A stretch of DNA of 62,957 nt, filler included, from Olpidium bornovanus S191 (Eukaryota > Fungi > Olpidiomycota), in NCBI GenBank assembly GCA_017911155.1. It is 30 parts of 30 records of this genome, joined end to end, with 100 filler letters (N's around TTAATTAATTAA, not from the genome) between each part and the next. Parts side by side here need not be neighbours in the genome. Positions count along the whole stretch, not along the records: positions 14,594 to 16,823 come from JAEFCI010002795.1; positions 16,924 to 18,596 come from JAEFCI010011191.1; positions 18,697 to 20,403 come from JAEFCI010004680.1; positions 20,504 to 22,254 come from JAEFCI010001700.1; positions 22,355 to 25,532 come from JAEFCI010001181.1; positions 25,633 to 28,006 come from JAEFCI010003196.1; 24 more parts are not named here. One strand, written 5' to 3'. The translations under genes were made by a program, and so were the position numbers. The notes below the pieces were generated by a model, which was not told the DNA's origin, searched no databases, and worked only from the letters and a program-made list of their open reading frames with translations. This document shows positions 15,626 to 27,133 of the stretch, piece after piece (the stretch's first letter is position 1; every line of letters starts with the position of its first letter).

Positions 15626-16412
15626 CTAATAGTGCTGCTGGATGATCCCCTCGAGTTCTTTTGCGTCCGCGCCGACGACCTCGCCGACCTGCCTGCCGCC
15701 CTTGTACAGCCGGAACGTCGGCATCGACCGGACGCCGGCCTTTCGGGCGAGCTCCTGGGGCGCGGGGGCGGGTGCGCGCGGGCGTCAGCTCATCGCGCCA
15801 GAGAAGGAGGATGAGTAAGGAGAGAGGAGAGAGGCGGGGGAGGGGTTGAGGGGGGGGGGGGGGGGGGGGGGGAGGGGGGGGGGAGAAGGGGGAAGGGAAT
15901 CCCCGCTTACTCACGTCGACCTGGTCCACGTCGGCCGTGCAAAACTCGGCGCGCGGGTACTGCCTCGAGAAACCCTCGACTTTCGGGGCGACGGCGTTCC
16001 AGGGTCTTTTCTTCCCCGCCCCCACCCGGCGCGTTTTGCCCGCGCGCGCGCCACCAAAACGCAAACGAGGAAGGGTTTCAAAATTTTTTTATTTTTGGCA
16101 GCGTTTTCTTTTTTTTAAAGAGAAAAAAAAAAAAAAATACCCCCCGCCAGCCTGTGAGAGAACGGCTCGGCAAAACAGAGGGATTCCCCGGGGCGGCGGC
16201 GGAACGAAGGCGGCGACGACCTCCCTCCTCCCTCCTCCCCCCCCTCACTCCCCGACCCCCGCGTCCCCGGCGCCTGGCGGAGGCCGTGGGAAATTTTTCG
16301 TAACGCACCCGCACCAGGTCGCGCAGAAGCCGACAACGACGAGCCTGCCGTCGTCCCTCGAGTTCACGGCTTCGTCGAACTGGCGCTCGGAAGCGAGCTT
16401 GCTGACAGGCAT
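15626..16412 (-). CDS. Thioredoxin, complete, 3 exons, 107 aa, atypical active site WCGPW
   Basis: Exons 16412-16309, 16005-15915 and 15754-15626 splice in frame to MPVSKLASERQFDEAV...VVVGFCATWCGPWNAVAPKVEGFSRQYPRAEFCTADVDQVDELARKAGVRSMPTFRLYKGGRQVGEVVGADAKELEGIIQQHY*. Confidence 0.92.
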
Positions 16413-17135
16413 GGGGCGGTGAAAGAGCGGGATAACGGGCGGAGAAAAGAAGGGGAAGAGGGGGGGGAGAGAGGGAGAGAGGGAGAGAGGGAGAGAGGGA
16501 GCGTGCGAGAGAAGTGAGAGAGAATGAGGGGAGAGAAAAAATAAATAAAAGAAAAAAGTGAGAGGAGAAGAGCGAAGAGAGTTAAGAGAGGAGGGGATGG
16601 GGAGAAGGTGGGAAGTTGGCGGGGGGAAAGGAATGAAAATTGTTGCAGGCAGACGGCAGACTGGCACGGTGAGGGCGGGGCGGGAGGGGAGGGGGGAAGG
16701 CCGGGGGGTTGTTTTACCCTTTTACGCGAGCGAGCGGCGATCCGACTTACGCGGAAACGCTCGGATTTTATTTTTACGCGACAACATTTGGTTCGTGGTT
16801 TGGGTCAGAACGGCGTGAGAAAANNNNNNNNNNNNNNNNNNNNNNNNNNNNNNNNNNNNNNNNNNNNTTAATTAATTAANNNNNNNNNNNNNNNNNNNNN
16901 NNNNNNNNNNNNNNNNNNNNNNNAGGGCCCGGAGGAGGGGGGATTTTAAGGGAAAGGTGCCCTTGTTGCCCACGTGACTTGCACGTGACTCTTCTTCCTA
17001 CATTCTCCTCCCCTTCCCCCCTTTGTCTTCCCGCGAACCACATGGGCATCCCCCCGCTCTCCTCCCTTCCCCCTTCACGGACGCACAAGGGATACTTTTT
17101 CCCGCTTTATAAAATTTCTTCTTTTGCTGCTTTAT

Positions 17136-18457
17136 TTACTGCCAGTGAAGAATATTTGAAGTTTCTTCGGACATGAGGCGGCGGGAGCGGGAAAAGGGGT
17201 CGCTGTGTTTCGCCCTGAACTCCGCGTCCGTTTCCGGGGGATCGGCGAGGAGCCTCCGCATTTTCAGGGCGTACGAGGTGTACTTGTAGAAGCGCGGGTA
17301 GTCTTCGTCGTCAGTCGCGGAGAACACCAGCGTCAGCAGCAGGTCGTTGAGGTCGAAGACCCGTTCGCGCCACAGGGCCGGGTCGAGGCCGGGCGCGCCG
17401 GGTCCCGAGCAGCAGCGCAGCGCCTCCTCGCGGAGACTCTCGCAGAGGACGTGCGCCGACGCGGCCAGCCAGCCCGCCGCGGCCGCGGGGATGCGGAACG
17501 GGGCGGGGAGGTCGTTCTCCAGGTCGAGGCCGACGCCCCCGCCGGTTTCCAGCGCCTCCAGCCAGCCGTCCGGCACGCCGAGGTCCCTCAGCCGGCCGAC
17601 GAACCGGACCGGGGGGATCGCGGTGCCCGGCGGCGCGGCGCCTGCGGCCAGCGTGCGCATCTTTAACAGGATCCAGAACATCAGCCGCGCGCGGGCGAGG
17701 AAGGCGCCCTTCGGCTCGACGAACGGCGTCAGGAGGAGGCTTTTCAGGTTGTCCCTGGGCGGCCTGTCCGTGAGCATGCGCATGCGGTGTATGCCGCGGC
17801 GGTTGAGGAGGAGCCACTTGTTGATGTCGGCGTTTCGGTCGCCCGCGCCGTCCGGCACGTCCGGATAAGGGGGCAGCCAGATGGGGGCCAGGCGGGGCCG
17901 GAGCCGGACGGGACGAGCCGGGAACTCGTCGTCCCCGGCGGCTTCGGACATCTCGTCGCCGCCGGCGACCTCGGCCAGCGAGAAAGCTTCCGCGATGTCC
18001 GTGATGATGATCTCGACCAGGTCCAAGAATGTTTTTAGGCGTGCGGCTATGAAAGAGTCCCATTTGAGGGGCCGCCGGCGGAGCAGGCGAACGGCCCTCT
18101 CCTCCTCGGTTTCGTCCTCGACCGCCGCGTCCTCCGCGGCTTCGTTCTCCGCGCCCTGTGCGGCTTCGTCCTCCGCGACACGGTAGTCGCAAATTAACTG
18201 CAGCGCCGCACGATCGCCGGCGGGATCGGAGGGTCCGGCGCCGCCGAGCTCGGTCAACACATGTTTGAGGTGTCTGCGCCTCCGGTAAGAAGGCGAACGC
18301 CGGCCAGACGGAAGCATCTTGTCCTTGGCGCGGCCCCACCGACTCTTCGGTAGCGCTGCCCCCGGCTCCTGGCACGCCGGGCAGAAGTCGTCGCTGTATT
18401 TGACGGCCGACTCGAGGCATTTCCTGTGCATGGCGTGGCAGCACCTAGTGACCGTGC

Positions 18458-18460
<3 letters not shown>
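17136..18460 (-). CDS. RING-H2 zinc finger (C-terminal half visible) fused to an unrecognised ~380-aa region; intronless in the visible part, 5' truncated
   Basis: TRCCHAMHRKCLESAVKYSDDFCPACQ fits C-x-H-x2-H-x2-C...C-x2-C. Long uninterrupted ORF with strong GC3 coding bias. Confidence 0.75.
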
Positions 18461-18500
<40 letters not shown>

Positions 18501-18507
18501 GCCCCAC

Positions 18508-18585
<78 letters not shown>

Positions 18586-18729
18586 GGGAGACGGGGNNNN
18601 NNNNNNNNNNNNNNNNNNNNNNNNNNNNNNNNNNNNNNNNTTAATTAATTAANNNNNNNNNNNNNNNNNNNNNNNNNNNNNNNNNNNNNNNNNNNNACAG
18701 CCGTCCCAACTACCCCTGTCATCGAGCAC

Positions 18730-18935
18730 GAGCGCGAAAGACCTTCTGAGTAAGAAGCCGCCGTCAGGAAGCTTCTGCGTTTGGTGATAAAAAAACTTCA
18801 CGGGAAACGCCCTCATGTCCTTCGCCCATTCATGAAGAAGTTCGAGAAATATGCTGAACGCATGAAGCTGCGCGGGCGCGAGAGAGAGGTCACCTTCAGC
18901 GCGATGCTCGAAGATAGTGTCATCATCTCGTAAAA
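18730..18935 (+). mobile_element. Possible decayed Ty3/gypsy gag fragment
   Basis: KLHGKRPHVLRPFMKKFEKYAERMKLRGREREVTFSAMLED loosely resembles the retrotransposon gag F-x-G...F..FE-x-Y pattern; it is flanked by stops. Confidence 0.3.
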
Positions 18936-19119
18936 ATACGTTTTGTGAGTGATTTCTGTATCGCTTCTGTTGTTTTTCTATTCGTTGTTGCGCGGAATGG
19001 GGAAGGGAAGGGAAGGGGGAGCCCGGGAGGGAAAAACAACGAAGGAGAAAATCCACTACTGCCGACACGTCCACATAATTGCCAATGCCTGCCCAAGTGT
19101 GACACAATTCTCGTATCCC

Positions 19120-20050
19120 CAATCCGGCAACGTGGTGCTCGTGCTTTGACGCGCGCTAGGGCCTTTGTGAGGATGTCAACAGTCATCTAGGCTGTCACGA
19201 CCGACTTAATTCTGCACATCCCCCCACTAGACAGGGCCCCCAGACGAATTTGGTGTCGCACGTCGATGTGCAATGCACTGTGAATGGTGTACAGGATTTA
19301 CGGCCATCGGCTTCGCACCTGTGTTGTCCTTAAAGGTGGTGAGAAGGCAACTCCGAGTTCGGCGAGGAGCCGGTGAGCCCACAGCCCCTTTTTAGCGGCT
19401 TCCGCGAGCGCATCGTACTCTGCCTCGCGGGCCGATGTCGCCAAAACCTCTTGGCGTATACTGCGCCAGGACACCGCACCCCCCGCGAAGAGGAAGGGCG
19501 CACCCACTTGTCGATCGACGGGTCATCAGCACTTGGCATAGTCTGCATCGCAGTGCTCCACGTGGACGGGACCGCCTCGACGATATACTAAGCCGAGGGT
19601 TTTTGAAGTCAGGGTGTAGCGCAGGACGCGCAGCGCAAGCATCCAGTCCAGCTTGCGTGGAGCTGATTGGCGGCATCCAAGGCAGCTGACAGAGAAGGCA
19701 ATGTCTAGTCCCCATCACGAGTGGTTACTCTAGAATTCAAATCCATAATAGATGCATAATACATCGTATCAAATATAATTATGAACATAAGTGCCCGGAC
19801 CAGCTCCTGATGCAGACGCGTACCTGCGTCGTCCAATGGTATGCCTCAGTCGTCACCAACCATTCGCCCGGAAGTTCGACCTGTTCAGGGGTTGGTGACA
19901 TCGAACTGCTCCCCCAATTTCTCGATGCGCGCGGTGTTTGATATCGCCCAATTTGCTTCTCTGCAGGCGGATTCCCAAGAGCGACACACCGCAGACGTGT
20001 AAACTTCCTCCGTCAGAGTCCCATTCACGTAGGACGCCGTGACGTCCACA
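19120..20050 (-). mobile_element. Decayed Ty1/copia RT-RNase H remnant
   Basis: LGIRLQRS, WMLALRVLRYTLTSKTLGLVY, ATSAREAEYDALAEAAKKGLWAHRLLAELG, LHIDVRHQ and MTVDILTKALAR appear in copia order with stops and frameshifts. Confidence 0.88.
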
Positions 20051-20240
20051 AGCTAACGCGAGGAGTTTGTTCACGCGTTGCAAATGCGATACACACGCAA
20101 AGCTTTGCCAAGCAAACGGTGGGAGCGAGCGTTTTTTATGTAGTTGACCGAAACCTGGGAAAACGCACACGCGACGGGACGCGCCTTCCTCTGCTGGAAG
20201 CTGCCGTCAACGTTTTTACTTTGCGGAAAAACTTCATTTT

Positions 20241-20378
20241 GCTGCCGACGGCCTTGCGCACGGGAGGGAGATCAACAACGATCGCCTTCCACGTCCCGTT
20301 CTGCGTGTGCTGCCGACGGCCTTGCGCACGGGAGGGAGATCAACAACGATCGCCTTCCACGTCCCGTTCTGCGTGTGC
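20241..20378. repeat. Exact tandem duplication, 68-bp period
   Basis: GCTGCCGACGGCCTTGCGCACGGGAGGGAGATCAACAACGATCGCCTTCCACGTCCCGTTCTGCGTGT occurs twice. Confidence 0.93.
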
Positions 20379-20509
20379 ACCATCGAGCTCCCTCTGAATG
20401 GCGNNNNNNNNNNNNNNNNNNNNNNNNNNNNNNNNNNNNNNNNNNNNTTAATTAATTAANNNNNNNNNNNNNNNNNNNNNNNNNNNNNNNNNNNNNNNNN
20501 NNNGGGGAA

Positions 20510-20513
<4 letters not shown>

Positions 20514-20592
<79 letters not shown>
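20514..20592. repeat. (GA)n microsatellite
   Basis: Directly visible run of about 80 bp. Confidence 0.97.
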
Positions 20593-20594
<2 letters not shown>

Positions 20595-20690
20595 AGAGGA
20601 CGAAACAGGAAGAGAAGCCCGCGCCGTACCCCGTCCGGGCGGAATATGGCAGGCGGGGGCGCCTGAAATCCGAACTTGGACTCAAGGCTG

Positions 20691-21290
20691 ATGATGCGGG
20701 TAAACCGGGCGCTCGACCGAGTCGCCGCTTGGCGCGTGCCGCACAGCCCCCGTCCGAAGGCGAAAACCGGGGGGGAGGGAGGGGCTGGGGTGGAAGGCCC
20801 TCTTGTCCGCGGCCTGTGCGGAACGGTTCGCGTCATATCCTGTTTTAGACGGCGCGGCGAGGCGTGGTCCGGCCCTGGAGCTACTCGGAGTGGGCCTGGA
20901 AGGGGTTTGGTGGGGTGCGGGCGCTTGGACAGGGACGCGCGAGCCACGTCCGGATCTCGCTTTTCACGCTGCTTGGAACGTTTTTGTTTGCGGCCGGCTC
21001 CTGGACACCTTGCACTGTCTTCCGCGCTGGGCCCTTGAATCATCCCCGTTCCAGGCCGAGGGGCAAAGAACCCAGGTTCTCACATCTACGGTGAACGCAG
21101 GCGCTTCCGGATCAACTTGGAGTTGACCAAGACCCTTGTCGTGCCGGACTTGAAGGACTTCCCGCTGACCCCGTATGTCTTTGACATCGAGAAGGAGGAC
21201 TACAAGATTGCCGGTCCGCCGTTCAAGCTCACAGTCGAGAGTTACCTGCAGTCCGCGGAGGCGTCCGACGGCTGGTCGTTGCGGACATGA
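20691..21290 (+). CDS. Mitochondrial ribosomal protein mL41 (MRP-L27 family)-like; start uncertain
   Basis: Spliced peptide KG-RGAKNPGSH...RFRINLELTKTLVVPDLKDFPLTPYV matches the family pattern KGRGAK...VVP.L..F.L.PYV. Stop at 21288-21290. Confidence 0.65.
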
Positions 21291-21799
21291 GAGAGGAACC
21301 CGAGGGGGAGTCGGGGGGGTGCAGCCTCAAGCAGGAACGGGGGGCGGCGGCGGTCCCGTCGTTTCCGGCCTGTGTAGATTTTGTTTTGGGCCGTTGGACG
21401 GCTGCAATTTATCGCAGCAAGGTTCCAACAAACTCGTGATTGGCCTGATTCTCTTTTACCTCACTTTTTTGACTTTGACTTGGAATAATCGATGGTGGCA
21501 CACAGGGCCTTCAAGCTCTTCAGCTGAAATGGTGAGCGAACTGGCGCGTCTTTTTCGTCTTTTGTGTTGCAAATTTCCTATGGGAAATCGAAACAGCAAG
21601 GAGATAGGATCAATTAAGTTTAAATCAGCGCGAGATTATGGTCACCAGTTACGTGTCAGGATATGATAGATAGTCCCGGCGTTGCAGAACATTTTTTCTG
21701 GAAAAGAGCAACGTGCGTGGTTAGCCAGGGCTGCCTGCAGCGTAGAGTTTAGACTTGTTCACTCATGCTTGTGGTCAGTTGGTGCTGTTGTTGTTCCGT

Positions 21800-22254
21800 G
21801 CCTGGTGCATGTTGTGTGATACCTGCCAGAGGTACAAGAAGTGGTGCTGTCAGCCTGCTCTGTTACGCCCGCTGCCTTTGCCGTATGCAGGGTTGACAGG
21901 CCTTGCTATGGACTTGTTTGAGCTGCCTTACCTGTAGGCCGGATATGACGGCATCCTGCTCGTCGACTGATACTCAAAGCTTGGGTTCGACCAGTCCCTG
22001 CGTGGAAAGCTGGCACGGCTGCTGTAACCACTAGGCAATCTCTAGGAGGAGTCATCCGCTACCAGGGGCTACCCGACTGGATCGTCACAGATCGCAAAAC
22101 AATCTAAACTTCTAATATCTGTTCAGCTCTATGCCATGACTTAGGCACAGAGCGGCAGGTTGTCACAGTCTGCCACCAGCAGACGGTTGGGGAAGTCAAG
22201 CAAGTGATTGGAGTGTTCAAGACTATGATCACCTCATATGGTGAGGGCCGCGGA
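21800..22254 (+). mobile_element. Decayed Ty3/gypsy integrase fragment
   Basis: CDTCQRYK...LLRPLPLP...LAMDLFELP...GYDGILLVD*YSK...GLPDWIVTDR...CHQQTVGEVKQ, with several stops. Confidence 0.88.
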
Positions 22255-24565
22255 NNNNNNNNNNNNNNNNNNNNNNNNNNNNNNNNNNNNNNNNNNNNTT
22301 AATTAATTAANNNNNNNNNNNNNNNNNNNNNNNNNNNNNNNNNNNNNNNNNNNNATCGATGGTGCTCAGTGCATCGACCGGGTTGATCGTTGGGATGAGA
22401 GCGATGAATCGAAGGATGGGATAATAACGAAGAGGATCGCAATGAAAATGCAAACTGGGCACCCCTTCGACATGCGAGGGGCACACAACAAAACAAGGGA
22501 GCTTCCCTTGGAGCGCAATGGGCAGCCCATCCCAAAACAGAACTCCCCCTTCCAAAGCGCAGAGAGCACACGCCAGAAAAGGAAAAGTGTAAATTAACCC
22601 GATTGAAAATTGACCAATGAAACCCCGAATAAACAGTAACAAGGGTTTTTCCCTTTTCGAGGTTTAACCCAAACTTTTAATGCTGGTATGTTTTGCTCGT
22701 GAGGTCCTACACCGAAAACTATCGAAAATACCAGGGTAACCCGGGCATTCATTGAATTTGTTCTCGAAAAAATATAAAATCTCGTAGGGATCCACCGGCT
22801 TCTGGCTCAGAATTCATTCTGAAAACAGAACCGCGGTCGCCTATGTGTCGTCTAAGTCGCCTTAGTCTAAGTCTCGTCTAAGTCGCCTAAGTCTAAGTCC
22901 CCTAAGTCTCGAGGATGAGCCTTGCTCGGAGCTTTTCCTTGAGCAATGCCCAATTGGCCGTCGCCTCTATTCTCTCCAAAACGTCCTGAACCCGCTGTTC
23001 GGTCTCGGGATGTACGGTCAGCAAAAAAATTTTGTTTCTCAGCCCCTGACAGGTCAAACGCCGGAGAGTACAGGTCAAACGCCGGAGAGTACAGGTCAAA
23101 CTTTCTAAGGTGGTCCGTAATATCTTTTATGTGAGTGTAGTCGTTCTTGGTAATGAACTCGCACAGCGTCATTTTGATATTGTTTCACCTTTGAGTCCCC
23201 TCTAGCCGTAACTGGGCAACTAGAAGCAGTTCTTCAACCCTCCGCACCAAGTTGGAATCTGTCTCCGTACTCAGCCGAACCGTTGCAGAACCCCGAATTC
23301 CGGGTTCCGGCAGTTCTTTATTATCAGTCGCCGAAGAAGGCGGTTCACTACAGGTAAAGTTACTATCAAAAGTCATTACGGCCGGTTAGTTCACACACTC
23401 CTATGTCGCCGGCGTTCTTCACCAGGGTTTGTCGTCGCCTGTCGTTCATCCTCGTCGCTCTACGTCACCGTACTCGCTTTTCGTCGTCGTTGCTTTCTGT
23501 AGCTGTCGCTTCTTGTTGCCGTCGCTCCACGTCGAGATTCGCCATCATTCGTCGTCGCCTTACGTCGCCGTCGCTCTTCGTCGGGGGTTCGCCGTCACTT
23601 AAACGTTCACCAGGACGCGCGCCGGGGCCGAGTTACTTCTTTAGCAACCGTACTTTCTATGTGTTAATTTTCTATCCTCTAACTCTGATTTTCTACTGCA
23701 GAGTTTTGGCACTCACTTCTTCGCCCTTTACTCCCGACTATTCCCCCCTTTTTTAATAACACCACGTGGGAGCACCAAGAGTACATCTTCCCATCGACGG
23801 AAGTTTTTTAGAAAAAACGTCTCTGTTACACAGAGCGTAGAAAAATCCACTACATCCATCTTTCGCTACGCTTTATTTACACTACAGGAATCTCGTGGGC
23901 ACGTCGCGCTGGCGTGAAAGACAAGTCAGTCGAATTCCGTGGACGTTGCGAGGAAAAAAAAAAAAAAAAAAATACCAACCTAGCAGCCAAAGTAGCCAAG
24001 GGGCAATAACTCTGGAAAGCACAGGTGCCAAAAAAGTGGCGCGCTCGCGATCTTTCCGAATGCGGCTATCGCAGCAACCCGAGAGTTTCCAGACCCAAAG
24101 CCTTTAGCTACGGTTGTCCACCAATCGACGAAGCTGCAGGATTTGGATGAGAGAACCATCTGTCACAGGGTACGGAAGAACCAAATAAAAATTAAAATAA
24201 AAATACAGGGTGATTTCAGGTGTGTATGCCGGGAAACATGGTGGTGAACAACGAGAAATGGTAAGCGAGTATGTGAGATATGGGTAAACGGAAAACGGGC
24301 GAGAGAGGAGGGAAGAGATGGGGGGGGGAAGGGCAGGGAAGACAGTTAAAGATAATGGTGGCAAGACCCATCAGACCGACGGCCAAGCTCGAAAATCTGA
24401 CGAGGCAAAGCTCCTGGAGGCACAGGCAAGTTGGACATCAAGGCCAGAGTTACCAGCGGTACAATCCAGAAGCGAAATTCGCGGGTCTGCAATTTCAACC
24501 GGTCTGGCACTAGAAACACAACGGGGCGCCCCATCCTCGATGGGTCGTCACATGCAAGCTGGTAA

Positions 24566-25532
24566 TCAAACCAGCGTTGTCAAAGATGCAACCAAAAGCG
24601 ATTTGATCGTCTCGGAAACGGATTCGTCCGTTGAACGAACAGTCAATCGGAACATCTGCAGCGCGAGGCAAAGTTCCCCGCACCAGGCAAAAAGCTCGTC
24701 AGGTCCCCATACCCCCCTCCCCCTTCTCCCGCCGAGGCCCCCGGAAGTCAAATGCGAAACTACGCCATCCACCGGCGCCTGGTTGTGGACGATTCTCAAA
24801 TTTCTCACCTTTTTGTCGAAATTCGGCTCCAGCCGCAGGAGGCACCCGATCTTCCCGCCGGCAACGCTGAGGATCCCGGCGCCGACGACGTTGTTAAGAT
24901 TGGGGTCCACTCCGACGAGGACGCCAAACCTGAAGCCGGCGACCAATCTCTTGACGGCAGGAATTGCGTTTTGCCCGGCAGAATTTGCTGCGAAAATGAC
25001 CTGCACCTCCTTAGGCGGCCCGCCGATCTGCTTCCAGCGGCCGAAGAAATCCGGTCCAGCGAGCGAGATGGGCTCGACAAACTTGTTTAGGGTCACAGGG
25101 GCACGCAGCACGAAACTTTGGGGTCCGCCGGTTGAAGTGAAAGCCACGCGGATGAGCACAGGCGCCGAAAATTGCCGTCGGCATTCGATGTTAAACAACT
25201 GCTGGACCTGCGTTACGGGCGCAATGGTTGAGGCCAGCGCCATGGCCGTGCTCACAGCCACCTCTGGTGGGACCTGCGTTGCGACACTGAAGTTCTGCAG
25301 TTGGGATTGCGTCTTGTTGCCGAAGTACATCGCCAAGCGTCCGACGTTGTTTTGATACTCGGACTTGAGACCGATCTGCAGCACGTCGTCTTCGAAAAGC
25401 ACACCGTCGGCCATGTACACGAGCTTCTCATACCATTTCTCCGAGCCGGTTACTGGCGGACCAAACTTGGCATCGCCCGGCGCCGAAGGCCCAGCACCCG
25501 CCAACGGCGTTGGATGCAGTTGGTCACGGGGA
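24566..25532 (-). CDS. APL3: AP-2 adaptor complex subunit alpha, appendage domain and C terminus
   Basis: DGVLFEDDVLQIGLKSEY, FFGRWKQIGGPPKEVQVIF, VDPNLNNVVGAG, GCLLRLEPN; intron 24808-24656; last exon MFRLTVRSTDESVSETIK...*. Confidence 0.95.
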
Positions 25533-25681
25533 NNNNNNNNNNNNNNNNNNNNNNNNNNNNNNNNNNNNNNNNNNNNTTAATTAATTAANNNNNNNNNNNN
25601 NNNNNNNNNNNNNNNNNNNNNNNNNNNNNNNNACTCACGACGATCGCGACAAAGCAGAGCTTGGGAAGAACGGCTCCTCAC

Positions 25682-27133
25682 CCGACGGGGTCGGTGAAGT
25701 ATGTGGTGTCAGTGTGGGCGCCGAGGCGGTAGGTTGTGTATGCTAAGTCATGGTGGGCGAGATTTGCCGTGAAGTCCCAGAAACCGCCGTAATGAGATTC
25801 GCGCACGAAGCAAATACGCCGTGCAAGACGTTCGGTGTCCTGATGATAAAGGTCGTCGATGAACGACACAGCTACACTGATTCTAATCTGAACACTTCGA
25901 GTGGTTCGTTTGACGTACCTCTTTGGAGATAGGTACATTATCAACGAATGCTACTCCGAATGTTTCCTGTTTAGAAATGTATTGGCAGCCAGGCGAACGG
26001 TCAGGATAACGTCTATATCATCATTAATCCAAATGTCATCGCCCCCCGATGTCAATTTGCGCATCAAGTTCTTCTCGACCGCTCACAATGTTCCGCAACC
26101 ACTTCGCCAGGCCTTCATCCGACTGCATTACTTCCTTATAATCTGTGATAGGCAGACTCTTGGCCATGAACTCAGCGTCCCATAATGTCTTCTCTCCGCT
26201 AAAACCGGGCAGATGCCCCAAATTTTAAAGTCGAAAAGCAGATGCATCATCAGGTCGATGAGCAGCAATTCGTCAATCGCAATAGAACGACCAGCAAACC
26301 GCGACGGGCGTGCTGATGCGCACGGCTGAATCAGGAAGGGAATGGGCTCTCATCTGCCAACGGGCGACTGTGGAACTGACATCAGCTTTGGAATCTCGGT
26401 GGTAGCTTTCAGCGGCGGATCGTACGAATGGTGTCTCAGCCAGGCCAGGTCGTACACGGTCACATGCTCGTCCTCCGTGTCCCAGACAATCTCCACGTCA
26501 TCTTTCTGAGAAATGAGTTTGACCGATTTGGGCTTAACGTCCAGCGCGATCTGCAAGGAAATTCGCGGCCGCCGCCTTGCGTGAACACGCGGAAATCTGT
26601 GTGACGCAACAGCCTTCGCCCAGCCGCAAAGTGCACGTTCGCGAAGCCTGTGGCAGCCACCTCGAGTGTGTTCAGCAGCCTTTGGCGGGTATCTGGGTGA
26701 TGGCAATCGGGGCAATGGCAATGGTCACGAAGCCATATGCCGTGGCTGACACCAGGTGAGCATCACAAGATATGACGTGGCGAGTGAGCCGGGGAAGCCT
26801 GCAGTTGTCAGCGAAATCGTCGAAAATTTGGAAAACAGCCGCACTGCTTACTATCGGCTCCTGCCTCCGTCAGACCACTCGACGGTAACACCGTTCCCGT
26901 CAATGTTGGCGGCCTTGCCCCTGATATCCTTGCCGCTCGTCCCCTTGGGTTTCGCCGAACTGATTCGAGTCTTTTCAGAAGCCGCTGATGCCACGGAACT
27001 CCCGAGCGACCGAAATTGGAAGGCGGAACATCGGCTCCGAGAAACTGGTAAGCCGGCCCAGAGGGACTGCCGAAAGTGCGGTGCTTGTGCAGGACGCCTT
27101 GAGCTACGCGCGGGTGACGAAAGCCGTAATCAT
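25682..27133 (-). CDS. TMLHE: Trimethyllysine dioxygenase (TauD/BBOX family), multi-exon, 3' truncated; 5' end has an apparent 1-nt frameshift
   Basis: VEWSDGGRSR-YHGIWLRDHCHCPDCHHPDTRQRLLNT (Zn-binding N terminus), YDLAWLRHHSYDP, SDEGLAKWL, RESHYGGFWDFTANLAHHDLAYT and AHTDTTYFTDP (HxD). Confidence 0.92.

Noticed and set aside
19195-19230. GGGGGGA followed by TGTG on the minus strand as PPT plus LTR start
   Set aside because: Copia RNase H coding similarity (MTVDILTKAL) continues past this point, so it is internal coding sequence.
20241-20378. 68-bp exact duplication (and the 86-bp one at 15186) as functional elements
   Set aside because: Two copies only, close to contig ends or in low-complexity flanks; local slippage or misassembly is simpler.
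24318-25355. 345-aa + strand ORF
   Set aside because: Antisense shadow of the AP-2 alpha exons.
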